Shown: piece after piece, positions 40,609 to 53,809 of the stretch
How positions within the stretch are numbered: the stretch's first letter is position 1
How the letters are laid out: every line of letters starts with the position of its first letter
Assembly: GCF_036321535.1 (NCBI RefSeq)
Contig: NC_087436.1
Coordinates: 36,024,001 to 36,088,000 of the forward strand
Direction of reading: 5' to 3'
Origin: Camelus dromedarius
Lineage: Eukaryota
Length of the DNA stretch: 64,000 nt
Position numbers and translations under genes: made by a program
The notes under the pieces: generated by a model
The model's input: only the letters and a program-made list of their open reading frames with translations
Told to the model about the DNA's origin: nothing
Database searches by the model: none

Positions 40609-40818
40609 CTTTATAGCTAGAAAATTCAGTCTACTCTCATTGGCCAAAGCCTTTGCAATCATTGTTTTAGAGCATCCAGGTGGCCCATACAGAAGAACTC
40701 CTTTAGGTGGCTGAATACCCATGTGGGTGAAAGACTCTGGATGCTTCAAGGGCCATTCCACAGCCTGTTTCAATTTCAGTTTGATATTTTCCAGGCCTCC
40801 TATATCTGACCAGGTTAC
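40609..40818 (-). CDS. AFG2A: SPATA5/AFG2A coding exon (probably exon 11): start of D2 AAA domain with Walker A GPPGCSKT
   Basis: Acceptor ttttgcag|GTA at 40819/40818 after a long T tract; donor AAG|gtgggg at 40609/40608. 210 nt = 70 codons [70 protein letters not shown], matching SPATA5 as I recall it; phase 0/0. Confidence 0.97.
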
Positions 40819-41329
40819 CTGCAAAACAAATAAATAATAAAAAAAAAAAAAATTTTAACGTGCAAGAAGGGAAACAGAACCATTTAAGAAACAATAATAT
40901 CCTAAAACAATTTCAACAATATCAAGAAATAAATTTATGAGTTTATCAAACGTGAGCTGCATAGAAATGCTACAGAAAAACAAAATGTTTCTCTTTGCAG
41001 GTCTTGTATAAGTAACTTTAAATGACTGAACACACTGTTAAGTCTATATTCTACTCTAGATGACATTAAAAATTAGTTTTCATATATCTGCAAATGGCTT
41101 GAATGAGTGATCCAAGGTTTCATTTATATATCTAATTTTTATATTTCTTCCTTTACCAAAATTACTTCCAAATATAGTTCTGTGGATCCTTATGGATATA
41201 ATCTTTTCTGCCCTTGGTATATTAATGAATTATCCTCAAAATTCTGTTCCCCACAAAATGCTCCCAAAACAAGATAGCTCTTTACATAGTATTTACTTAA
41301 TATATATTATGAACTATGTACCAGATAAT

Positions 41330-42010
41330 GTAAACAGGAAACAGATGAGACATAAATCCAGACTTCAAAGAACTTAACAACTACCAGTAACGTGCACATA
41401 AATAACCATAGTACAATGGAAAGGATATTAACCACAATAAGAAAGAAAAAGAAAAAGCCTTTGGGAGTTCCCAGGCAGAAAAGATTACTCCCAGCTGGAA
41501 GGCAAATCTGAAAGCCAACTCTTGGAGCATGGATAAGATCCAGAAATGGGAAAACAAGGAAATGATCAGGTAAAGGCCAAAAAATTATGAAAGGCTTAGA
41601 AGGAAGTATAAAGAGGATGAGAGAAAAAAGGCTTAAGAGAGGGGGAAAAAAAAGACAAGCAAGTAGAAGCCATATTAGTGGAGGACCCTGAAGACTAGAT
41701 GAAGTTCAATAACCTATTCCTAAGAAGTCTTTGTAGTTTTCTCATCTAGAAAGAGATACGGTCTTATCTGTGTTTCAGGAAGAATCCTCTGACCGAAAAA
41801 AAAAAAAAAATCACATATCACAAATGGAGTTCTGTAAAGAGGATAGGACTGATATTTTAGATTTTGGAGATACCTACATATAAACAATAAAAGCCATGAG
41901 ATCAATTAAAATTGCCAACCATGAGAAGAGAGATATGGATGAAAGACAAGTCTCACTGGGCACTATCTACATTTAAGAGCAAAAAGGAAAGAGGAAGAAA
42001 AGTCAGAAAG
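41330..42010. mobile_element. L2 relic (fragmented)
   Basis: Purine-rich L2-like blocks, e.g. agccatgagatcaattaaaattgcc, tctacatttaagagc. Confidence 0.45.
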
Positions 42011-42371
42011 CAAGTAATCTACCAACCCCAAAAAGAGAGGGGTTTTATTTGTTATTAACAGAGAGATTACTTTCTTCCAAATGAACTTGAATGGATTTGT
42101 GGGGCATTTTGTTGTTTTTTGTTTTTGTTCACAGAAGCAGAATACTATACTATTAACCACAAACCTGAGATCAGATTTAATTTTTTTTCCTAAATTGCTT
42201 TCTTGGGATTTAAGAAGACATGACCATTTAGGTCTCTTAACACATAATATCAGTCTGTTATCCCAACCACTTCATCTATTTTAATGGCATGAGGGTTACA
42301 CACATAAGTTTCTCTGGTGCATCATCAACCTTCAGTTTTATTTCACTTTTTTTTTTTTCTGATTTCTTTCC

Positions 42372-43970
42372 TTTTTTTTTTTTTAATTGAGGTATAGTTG
42401 ATTTATAATGCTGTGTTACTTTCTGGTGTACAGCAGTGAGTCATTCATATATATATATTCTTTTTCATTACAGGTTATTACAAGGTATTTAATACAGTTC
42501 CGTGTGCTATACAGTAGAACCTTCTTGTTTATCCATTTATGTAGAAAATAGTAGTTTATATCTGCTAATCTCAAACTCCTTATTTGTCCCTCACTCTCTC
42601 TTCCCTTTTGGTAACCATAAATTTGTTTTCTGAGTGAGTTTCTGTCTTGTAAGTAAGTTCATTTGCCTCATTTTTTTAGATTCCACATACAAGCAATTTA
42701 GGTGGTATCTAGTTTTCTCCAACTTGCTTCACTTAGTATGATAATCTCTAGGTTCATCAGTGTTGCTGCAGTGGCATTATTTCATTTTTTTATGACTGAT
42801 TACTATGCCATTGCATATATATACCACATCTTTATCCATTCATTTGTTGATGGATATTTACGTTGTTTCCATGTCTTGGCTATTGTAAATTATGCTGCTG
42901 TGAACACTGGGTTGCATGTGTCTTTTTGAATTAGAGTTTTCTCCAGATATATGCCCAAGAGTGGAATTGCTGGATCATATGGTAACTCAAGTTTTCTAAG
43001 GAATTTCCAAACTGTGTTTCATACTGGCTGCACCAAATTACAGTCTCTCCAACAGTGTAGGAAGGTTCCCTTTTCTTCACACCCTCTCCAGCATTAATTG
43101 TTTGTGAACTTTTTAATGATGGTCATTCTGACCACTATGAGGTGATACCTCATTGCAGTTTTGATTTGCATTTCTACGATAATTAGCAATATTGAGCATC
43201 TTTTCACGTGCCTATTGGACATCTGTATGTCTTCTCTGGAGAAATGTCACTTTAGGTCTTCAACACATTTTTTGATTGGGTTGTTTGTTTTCTGTTATTG
43301 AGTTGTATGAGCTCTTTGTATATTCTGTATATTGTAATTCTGTTTGAAATTAAGCCCCTGTCAGTCACATCATTTGTAAATATTTTCTCCCATTCTGTAG
43401 GTTTCTCTTTATTTTGTTGATGGTTTCCTTCCTCACACAAGCTGTGCAAAAGCTTTTAATTTTAATTAGATCCTGTTTATTTTTATTTTTACTTTTATTT
43501 CCTTAGGAGACAGAACTTTTAAGAAAACACTGTTATGATTTATTTCAAAGAAATGTTGTGTCTATGTTCTTTTCTAGGAGATTTATGGTGTCCTCTCTTA
43601 TGTTAAAGTCTTTAAGCCATTGCGTTTATTTTTGTGTATAGTGTGAAGGTGTGTTCTAACTTCACTGATTTACATGTGGCTGTCCAGCTTTCCCAACAGC
43701 ACTTGCTGAAAAGACTGTATATTGTATTGTCTATTGTATATTCTTGCCTCATTTGTCAAAGATTAATTGACCATAGGTGGGTGAGTTTATTTCTGGGTTC
43801 TCTATTCTGTTCCATTGATCCATATGTCTGTTTTTATGCCAGTACCATGCTGTTTTAATTACTGTAGCTTTGTAGTATTGTCTGAAGTCTGGGATGATTA
43901 TGCTTCTAGCTTTGTTCTCTTTCCTAAGTACTGCTTTGGCAATTCGGGGTCCTTTGTGATTCCATATAAA
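42372..43970 (-). mobile_element. Young LINE-1, 3' (non-inverted) portion of a twin-primed insertion
   Basis: Poly-T at 42372-42384, then cetartiodactyl-type 3'UTR and ORF2 C-terminus on the minus strand, ending at tttgtgattccatataaa. Confidence 0.93.
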
Positions 43971-44616
43971 TGCTATTTATGACAAGCCCACAGCCAATAT
44001 ACTATTCAATGGTGAAAAGCTGAAAACCATCCCACTAAAATCTAGAATAAGACAAGGATGGCCACTCTCACCATTTCTATTCAGTATAGTTCTGGAAATC
44101 CTAGCCATAGCTATCAGGCAAGAAAAAGAAATAAAACAGATTCAAATTGGAAAAGAAGAGGTAAAACTGTCACTATATGTTGATGACATGATACTATATA
44201 TAGAAAACCGCAAACTACTAGAGCTGATAAAAGAATTCGGCAAGGTAGCAGGATACAAGATTAATATATGGAAATCAGTTGCGTTTCTTTACTCCAACAA
44301 TGAAGTATCAGAAAAGTAAAGTAAAACAAACAAACAAAAAAACAGAATCCCTTTTAAAATTGCATCAAAAAAATAAAATTCTTAGGAATAAACCTGACCA
44401 AGGAGGTAAAAGACTTAAAAGCTGAAGGAGTATAAAACATTGATAAAGAAAATTAAAGATTATTTTAAAAAATGAAAACATATCCCCATGCTCTTGGATT
44501 GGAAGAACTAATACTATTAAAACAGCCATACAACCCAAAGCAATCTACAGATTTAATGCGACCCCCATCAAATTACCCATGACATTTTTCTCAGAAAGAA
44601 AACAAATAATCCTAAA
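43971..44616 (+). mobile_element. Young LINE-1, inverted 5' portion of the same twin-primed insertion (RT region)
   Basis: gctatttatgacaagcccacagccaat (AIYDKPTAN) ... tcactatatgttgatgacatg (YVDD) ... aacaaataatcctaaa; in L1 coordinates this end abuts the start of the minus piece. Confidence 0.92.
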
Positions 44617-44922
44617 TGATTTTTGATTTTACCAATTAATAAAATTAAAGTTAAATTTGAGATCAGTGTACATAAGCTTACGGCCCTAAAAACATCCAGC
44701 TATCATCAGCAGGATCAAACTGACTGTTTTCCAACGAAGGCGACTGTTATTTGTATAAGCCGGCCTGCTACAGGCGGAAGTGCAGCAGGGCTGTCACACC
44801 CTGATGGGTAGTTCCTGCTTGTGCTCTCTGGTGTTTCTGACCTTTTCTTTATACTTTTCTTTTTTTTTTTTAAATTTAATTTTGAAAATCTTCAAACATT
44901 GTTAAAAAATCAGTACTATAAA

Positions 44923-44948
44923 TGTGTGTGTGTGTGTGTGTGTGTGTG
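44923..44948. repeat. (TG)13 microsatellite within an old L1ME-like fragment
   Basis: Directly visible. Confidence 0.95.
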
Positions 44949-46899
44949 TATACTTTGCCAATTTCCACCAATTTTAATATTTGCCACATCTGCTTTAATG
45001 CATGCTTTTACTTTCTCTCTCTACACACTCACACATCCAAATAGTACACACAAAACCACCCATACTTGATCAATTTAAAAATTTTCTGTTTAACCTGTTA
45101 AAAGTAGAATGCAGATACCATGATGCTTCTGAATACTTTAACATACATTGCATAAAAATAAACATTCCGGAAAGGAAGTTTCAAGGATGGCAGTCAACAA
45201 CTATCAAAAACTAAACAGATCAGAAAGTAGAGATATTTAAGAAGAAACAGTCAGATGTGGCAACAAGGTTACTGAATAGAGTAGGTTATTTAAATTAGCA
45301 GTTTTTGGTTTTGACTTTTAACAGTGGAATATATATATACATACACACAACACACACACCCATGCATACATACACATATGCATACAAACATTTGGAGAGG
45401 AATATTATCTATATATTATATACAATGTATAAAAGCCATATTTATAAATAATTAATAAATACAAAAGTCAGAGAAGCAACTCCTTAAACTTATAAGAACT
45501 AAAAAGGTACCATGTTATTGTTACACTGCTGCACGACACCCATTCAGTTGTTACTATGCAATTATTATACCTATACAATGAGAACAGCACACTCTGTGAA
45601 GCATGCTCCATGAGGAACAGAGATTCCAATGCCTTGGAGTATGTTGAGTTGCACCTTGAATACAGTAGCACCATAGCAGAATATTTACTTAAGCTAATTT
45701 ACAAGAGCGCACACATATAGATAAAAGTTTCTTGAAGATGAGTGCAGAATTATATGCTTCCTGACTCAACAGCATTTAAAACAAAATTCAATTATGTCTA
45801 TAAGTGGCTAAGAGGATTTTTTTCTCAGATTTGTATGAAAATAAATAAACCTGGCAACCTGATACAACCTGATAATCTTCAATATGATAAAATTTAGTAT
45901 TTAATACAGTTGAGTGTGTTTGGTTTTTAATCAGTCTTTCTTAAAGTCTTTTTAAGCACCTCCATGAAACACACATGGAAATCACCAAAATAAAAGATAA
46001 GGAAATCTGCATCATAAAAAATGAATGATCTCTTTTGTTAGGATCAGGGATTAGTAGCAAACAGTGTCAGCTGGACCAGGAACAGAGAAGGCTTGTTCCT
46101 CAGGAGAAATTAATATGCTCTTACCAGAAAGCTCAACATTCACTGGACAAGTGACAGGCCAAAACACTGATGCCACTGCATGGACTAGCAGTCTATATTG
46201 AGGAGTAAGTCCAATGACCTGAAGGCTGTTGAGAACCAGCAAAAAAGTGAACCAATCCTGCCCCCTTCCTATCTCCTGACATTTGGAGCTTTTGCTTCAT
46301 CTGCTGTCTCTCTGTATCCCTACCTTTATTAAACTGTTCACCATATTCTTTCCTTAGTCTACAAATATTCTGTTTCTCCCTATCCTTCAGAACAACCTTA
46401 CTTTGACATTCTTTCCATCTCGTTATATCTTCCTTCTCACCACTAAACTTCTTGAAAGACAGTTAATACCCCTTTACTCCTACTGAATTTATATTTTCCA
46501 CTTTACATTTTAGTTAAGTATTTATCTTCCCAAGCGGTGACAGGAAAGAAGAGTAAAACTACAAAGATAAAAAGCTTAAGACTGTCAGGAAGGCAGGGAA
46601 TTAAGGGAATTATGTCAGAAGGTCTCCAGTTGCTCAGGAAACTATGAGGCAAAGTCATCTGCAGAAGCATCAATCTAATAAATAGTGACTAAATGCCTAT
46701 TTCATACTATGATGGTTCCTGAAGACAAAACAGTTCCTGTTCATACTAAGTTTCTGACCTGATGGAATATTTCCTTAAAAAGACATACTTCTGCAATTAT
46801 ACAATTACTATATAGCCTGGTATATGCTAAAATGGTAGTCACAGAGTTTAAACAAATGGTCAAAAAAAGCTTTTCAGAAGTGACAGATAAGGTGGGATG

Positions 46900-47460
46900 T
46901 GATGAACATAAAGAAATTAGACAGCTGAAAGTAACAGCAAATTTCATGAAGACGGGAGAGAAAGCATTACATTAGGAGGACTAAAAGTAATTCGGTATGG
47001 CTAGAATTTAAAGAGCCAGGAGAGGAGTAGAAACAAAGAAGGTTAGTTAGCAACAGAGGGAGGAGCTATCAGACCTTGAAGACTCATAAAACATAAAGAA
47101 ATTTAGACTTCATCCTGAGACTGATAGAGAGCAGTTTAATCAGGGAAATAACATGATCAGGTTTCTGAAAGACCACTGTGGTTACACGGTACAGGGGGGA
47201 TTAAAATCGGGGGTGGGTGGGGACGAGAGGCTTCTACAGTAATTCCCATAAGAGAGTGTGGTTATCTGAACTGAAGTAGCAGCAATGGGACTACAGGGAA
47301 GAAAAAAAGATAAAAACTGTATTAAACTATATTAAATAAGGCTAATCAATGAGTCTGGATAATCAGATTTAGAGAAGAGATGATAAAAATAAATAAACCT
47401 GGAATGAAATCAAGGGTAACAAGATTCAGACTTGGGCAACTGTGTAATTGAAAGTTACGT
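46900..47460. mobile_element. L2 relic
   Basis: aaagaatttagacttcatcctgag...taacatgatcaggtttctgaaagaccactgtgg...tgaactgaagtagcagcaatggga. Confidence 0.7.
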
Positions 47461-48089
47461 TAAAAGAGAAAAAAGAGTATGTTTGGAAATTAAGGAATTG
47501 GTTTCCAATTACTGTAGTGTGGTTGGAATTTACAAGGGAAATAAATTCAATAAACTTTGAGAAATGTCTTCTATGTGCTCAACTAGACTCTGAGACTGTA
47601 AGGGCACAGAGATGAGTAAGATAATGTCCTCAAAATTTGTACTCTAGAAAGAGGAACAACTAAAGTATCCTAGAAGACACTGTCTTTATCTAAAGACATA
47701 AAATATCTATCTTCACACAAGCTGATACAACTAGTGGAAAAAAAATAGGTTAACAATTCTTAAATATGTGAGATGGTGTGGACAGAGATTTGGAAAGTGC
47801 TGCATATATGAACGACTTAATGTCAAGGTGTTAGAATATGAAAGTATTAACAGCAATTCCCATGTCATGTTTATGAGGACAGTTGTTATACAGTAAGTAC
47901 AGCCAGTAAGAAATTATAAGGTCAATACTAAAGATTACCTGTTTTCCTAGCATCTAAAAGTAATGATTTTTAATTTTGGTGTAGTACCTTCTAGTCTCTT
48001 AAATCCATGTGTGTGTGTTTTCACTGAGATCATAACGTATACACAATTTTATATTCTGCTTTTTGATAACTTCATATATCTTTTGATTT

Positions 48090-48270
48090 TCCAGTTACTG
48101 TGTCATTTTGGGCAATTTACTTCATCTTTCTAAGCTTCTTTCTCATCTGTAATATGGGAACAAAGAAACCTAAGCCCTCAGGATTATTGTGAGAATCAAA
48201 CAGCACAGCATTTATTACATTAATTGTATTTTGCTGGCACATGGTAACTAATAAATACTAGGTACTATTT
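48090..48270 (+). mobile_element. MIR SINE
   Basis: actgtgtcattttgggcaatttacttcatct...tctcatctgtaatatggga...ggattattgtgagaatcaaa. Confidence 0.75.
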
Positions 48271-49047
48271 TATTTAATGTCTGAAAGATGATTACAATGA
48301 ATAGTTATATTCTGAAGGACTAGTGACAAAAGATAAAGGGAATCAAGCTATTACATTTGTAGTTTCATGAACAATATTACCATAAATTTTTTATTTCTTC
48401 TTTTTGCATAATCACGTTTCTTAAACTAAGGGCAAACAAGTTTTGCGGTTTAATTTAGCACCTGAATGCCAAATAAATAATGAGTCTTTCTATAGCTAAG
48501 ATACCAATTAAAAAATAAATATAAATTGGCTTAAAAATACTATTGCATAGAAGAGTCTTAAAGCATGGAAAGTCATGGGAAAATCAATCTGTAAGAGAAG
48601 AACAAACACCAGCATGAAATCATAAAATCCTAGAACTAGAATATGAATTCAAAAACTAGCTGGGTTACTATCGTACTTTCAGTCAGTATTTTATCTTTTG
48701 ACTCCTCTCATCTTTCAACAAATACTATTTATGCTCTTTAAAATGGTTTTTAATTAAATAACTCTCTTTTTAATAAGTTATACTATTACTGCCAGAAAAT
48801 CATTCCTACAACCTAACCCAAATCATTCGTGATAATAGTTGGGGTCTTTCTTATTTTGTCCTGATGAAAATAGTGAACAGCTGCTCACATATGGCTTTAT
48901 AACTTTTTGAATAAATTATAAAGTTAGAAGTGAAGGAACAGCTGTCAAACAAGCACAGACAGAGCAGTGAGATAAACTTCCCAAGGGAAATGTCCCCCGC
49001 AAGTATCTTACAGTACTTTCTAGACAAGCATCCAACAAGTCACAAGT

Positions 49048-49080
<33 letters not shown>

Positions 49081-52000
49081 TCAAACTCACACCCATAGAA
49101 GGCAAAAGACCTGATGATCAGGTTAAAACAAAATAAAACAAAAAACCTTTATAGGCAAGTTCCAAGAGGATAAAATAAAAATTAATGAACTGGGAGAATT
49201 ACTTCAAGAAGAATTCAGTAGCTCTATCGGGGCTGACAGTGTCTTTATGCATCTGTGAGTCAAGATCCTCTTGTTCGGTAGGTGCCAAGTTTTACACTGC
49301 CAGAGACAAAAATTCTTTTGAAAGTGTTATTTTTATAGAAAATACTGCAACAAAGAGTGCCTTTCATTTTGTTCTTCCATGCTAACAAGTCCCAACATAA
49401 AGACAAGAAGCCAGGCACTAGCAAGTGGGTTGGCACCTGTTCCAAATTCTCCGCTGGACCATATACCAGCTTCTTAACAATTCAAGTGTTTAAAATACAT
49501 TTATTTTGACAAGAAATCATAAACATATCAAATTACTAGAGATACTACATAACTCATAAAGAAATAAGTTGAGAAAACCAACCTCCATGATCTAAAAGAA
49601 AAAAAAATACATTTCCAGATGCTTCTTTAATGGAGACAAAACAAAATTAGGAAGCAGTGTGTGTTCAAAATGTGTTCTTAGGTCTAAGTAAAAATAAGTG
49701 AAAGCCATTAACTTCCTATGGTGTAAAGACAAAATATTTTCCCCCATGCTTTAAAAAAACATTCTATCAAGATTTCTTAAAAAGCAAGCCAAAGTTCCAG
49801 TTTCACTGTGGTACTATAAACCATTTACAGCCTCTCTCTCTCTCCTCCATTGTATAAAAATAAAAACTTAAGAAAAAATACAAAACCCAGCTACATGAGG
49901 ACTCAAGTAAAGGAAAGCAGGAGCGTGAGGCAGGTAAAAATATGGAGAACAGCCCTGCACAGGGTGGTGAAAGGGGCTCAGTATGTAGTTTTTTCTTCCT
50001 TCTCTTTTCTCTCTTGACTTAACTTTCCCCTCTTCCTGTTTCACTTCCACTTTGCATAAGCTTGCTAAGTTGAAAATATCTAACAGTTATACAGGAAAAA
50101 GCACAGGATGCTAAAAAAGGAGATGAGAAAGAATACAACAAACTCTACACCAAAACTCTGCACTAATTACAAATTGCCACTAATCTGAGTGAATTTTGTT
50201 GTTCTTTAGTAAATCACATTTAAGAATTTCACTGAAACATATTATAAAGGATATGGGAGCCAGCTGCTCCTATAATCCCCAATTAATAAGGAAAAATAAG
50301 GGAAAACATTAAGGTAAAGAAGGAAGTAACAACAGAGTAGAGGAAAAAATCCCAGATATCCTAAAAAAATGAAAAATACAATTAAAGGGCAAATATTTTA
50401 ACCAAATTTCAAACTGTATAGATTTCAAAATCAGCTTAATGATTATAGTAAAACCTGAATTCAATTTCTAAAATATCATTTACATTACAATCACATTTTA
50501 ATAAGTTTACTATGAACTGTCCTCAGAGAGCTGGCTATGTATGAAATAAAATCTTATAAATACAATAATACTATCTAAATAAGCCTCCCTTAGATCAAAA
50601 AAACTTTATGCCTTAATTCAACTTAAAAATGGTTAACCATTTCCAAAACGGGCTTTTAAAGACTATTTACTTTTGTCGGATGAACAAATCCAGGAAAAAT
50701 CTCATTAAAAAATGGAAACTCTAAACAAGAAAAAAAACAACCAAAAAACAATAGCAGCAATAATTTAATAAAGAAATAAAAACTCGTATCATGAACTGAT
50801 ATAAAGTCTTACCTAGAAAATCCTTCATTTCATTAAAATATTTTATATTTTCCCTAATTTACCAAATTCCGTGAATAATTTAACTGTGTTCAGCATAAAA
50901 TGCTTTGAACATCTAAGAAAACTTAGTAACCCCTGCCATTATTATTATGGCATGGTAGAACTGGGAAAAGATAAAGGAATATGGATAAGAGAAATGAAAA
51001 ATATAGGAATAAAGGAAAGAAGGACTTCTACTGATTGGGTCACAAGCCCAGGTACTAAAGAAGTGTACGTTCACAAGTTTCTCAAGCAAATTTTAAATCA
51101 ACCATATGTAATATATGACCAAATGCTCCAAAACTAAAAGAAACCAAATAAAAGGCCCAGAAAAAAATGTTTCAAATTGTAAAAAATTTTAAATGAATTT
51201 TGTTCAATTATTCTTCTTTGGGAATTTGTGATATGAATAATAATAAAATGGAAGAGGTTTTCTGTTATATATGTATGTATCACCAGGACCTTCCTAATAT
51301 AGTGCCTGTACGTTAAAGACATTCAACGTTTGGTGTAGGAACAAATTAATGGGCAGATGCGTATTTCTCTTATATTATCTTAAAATAAAGTAGCAGAAGG
51401 GGTAGAAATGGCGGGGAGACAGCTGGTAGGAGGTGAGATGAAAAAAATAAGAGAGTCAGGGAATTAGTAATAAACCAACATGTGTGGTCAGAACTAGTAA
51501 AAAATGTTGCCAACATGTAAAAGTGTACAAGGGCTATACATACACTTTGTAAGACATTTCCTAGCCCAGATCTGTCCAAATAGTTCGGTCATAAATTCAA
51601 ACCATTTCTCCTGATCCCCTTTGATGGTTGGTTGACAATAAAAATGTTTGCATATATGGAGAGAAAAATCTTCTGCTGCTAAGACTGGCTAAAGCGATGC
51701 TCCAAATTCTTGTTAAACAGGAGGCAAAGAGAAGAGGCCCCTCTGTCAGAAGTCTGAGCAAATTCACGTAAGCAAATTTCTGAAGGAGCCCTGACTATGT
51801 CCTGAGATACAGACCTGAAAGGAAGTTCCTACATGGGGAAGAATAATCAATGCTGGCCATAGAGCCAAGATAATGGGGAAAGAGGAATGCTACTGATGTT
51901 TTGGTTTGAGGGCAACAGATATAAGGAGAAAGCCCTCATAAAGGATAAAAGAGATATAAGAAAACAACCTTTACAGCACAGTCTTATTATCAATATTCAA

Positions 52001-52389
52001 TTCAGAAAAGGAATGAAAGATTTGACCTTTAACACTTACTCAAAGCTGGTCTCTGAATGCTAAATGTGCTACATGTAATAGCTAGGGGTAAGAATGTTAG
52101 TGGGACCGGACCAACTTGAGAATCAGGCCCGAAAGACGCCACAAGAAAATTCTGGAGGAAGTTGCCTAGAGAAAGTAGACAGTTATCCTACGCATATACT
52201 GAGTTCAATGAGACAGGTCAAGCAAGTCTTGATTGTTGAGCAGAAATTAACTATCCTATGGCAAAAGTTGTCTGACTGTGTCACCTTTTATAATTTCTGA
52301 TAAGACCTCCTGTGTTGCAGGTGTCAACAAAAGAATGACTCCTATAGGTATACTAGTACAGGTTTTAATATCAAATATCCACTTACTTC

Positions 52390-52745
52390 CTCATTTTATT
52401 CACTCATTCATTCATTTATATTCATCTCACTGCAAAAAGCTGTTAGGTTCTGAGCGCTTAGCCAGGCCCTAGGAATACAGGTAGAGTATACAGAATGAGA
52501 TAAAAGAATGAACAAGACTGACATGGTCTCCATATCATGGAGCTTACAGTCTGGAAGGAGAGGCAGACATTAAACAAGTACATTAATAAATGTTTAAAGA
52601 CTAGACAAAAAATCGTATGGGATGCTTCAAAGAGCACATAATGGACTGGAGGGTCCTAGAAGATCAAGTACAGCTTTCTAGAAGATCTGATATCTAAGCA
52701 GGGACATGAAAGGTGAATAGGAAAGATGAGTCTAAAGAGAATGAA
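52390..52745 (-). mobile_element. L2 3' end relic
   Basis: tcattcattcattt tail, gaacaagactgacatggtctcc..tcatggagcttacagtct, ggcagacattaaacaagt. Confidence 0.75.
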
Positions 52746-53149
52746 TGACACTAAACCATTTGCAGCCCCTAATATTGGCTTTTAGCTCATTTTGGGAAAG
52801 GAAGAGATGCATATGAGAATAATGGCAGGGTCATACTGAGGGACTTGACTAGTTTTCATTCCAGATTCCAATCTGGTAAAGCAGACCCATTTTAGCTTCC
52901 CTCATCTATGTGTTGACCAGTTACTATCATACTTCCTGGCTTCTTTTCCCTGCTGTCTCTAGAAAAGTCCGATGTTGTACACATTAGAGATCTTGACACT
53001 ACTGAAAGGAGGAGGGTTGTATATTAGATAAACATGGAAAAGAAGAGCCATTGAGAACAAAGTCTGTATGTAACAGTACATCAACCGAAATTCTAGTTAA
53101 GGACTCATGAGGAGCTGGAGGACTTTTATATTAGATAATTTCTTTTATA

Positions 53150-53465
53150 CCTTTGTTAAACTATGATAAGAATGGCATTTCACTTCTTTGGTCTTCCTCC
53201 TAAAATCCCACAAAACCAGGCTAACCATATAAAGACATCAGCCAAACTCAAATTGACAGGCAATTTACAAAAGACCTAGCCAGTATGCCTCAAAACTGTC
53301 AAGGCCATCAAAAACAAGAAAAGGACAGAAACATTGTCACAGTCCAGAGAAGCGTACGAATACATGACAACTAAATGTAATGTGATGGCTTAGGATCCTG
53401 AAATAGACAAGGGACACTGGTGGAACTAATGAAATCCAGATAAAGTATAGAGTTTAGTAAATATA
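53150..53465 (+). mobile_element. L1MC/L1MD-type 3'UTR fragment
   Basis: ctcaaaactgtcaaggccatcaaaaacaag...acatgacaactaaatgtaatgtg...aatgaaatccagataaagtatagagtttag. Confidence 0.8.
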
Positions 53466-53469
53466 TAGA

Positions 53470-53808
53470 TAATGTTCAAGACAGGTTTAATCAGAAATTA
53501 TAGGGGTATTTTGGTTGTATTTTTTTCACAGTCTGTACAATTTATATAAGAGATAGGGATCCAGCCTGGGCCCCGGCATCCCCTACAAATATAGAGTTCT
53601 CTCTCTCCAAAATATAGGTAACTTAGCCCCCTATAGCAGCAGGGATTGGGGGATACAAGGAGGAAGGTTAAGATCCACTCTCTGGGGAAGCAGAGGGCAG
53701 GGCAGGGAGAGGGCTTGAATGCACCATCTGCACTGCGAAGGGAGGGATGAGAGGGGGCTACAGGTGTGGGCCAGAGGCTGGAGTCACTCTGGTGTCCCCA
53801 GAGTGACT
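53470..53808 (-). other. GC-rich orphan segment resembling an mRNA 3'UTR end (possible truncated retrocopy)
   Basis: Abrupt GC rise between two L1 fragments; minus-strand ATTAAA at 53491-53486 near the distal end; no TE motif recognised. Confidence 0.4.
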
Positions 53809-53809
53809 A

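Noticed and set aside
40663..40686. Non-canonical Walker A GPPGCSKT (Ser in place of Gly)
   Set aside because: This is the normal D2 motif of the AFG2/Drg1/SPATA5 family, not a novelty or an inactivating change.
37170..53465. Oppositely oriented L1MC/MD 3'UTR fragments flanking the 210-nt exon as a dsRNA or circRNA driver
   Set aside because: Both are old, highly diverged and about 16 kb apart, so stable pairing is unlikely.
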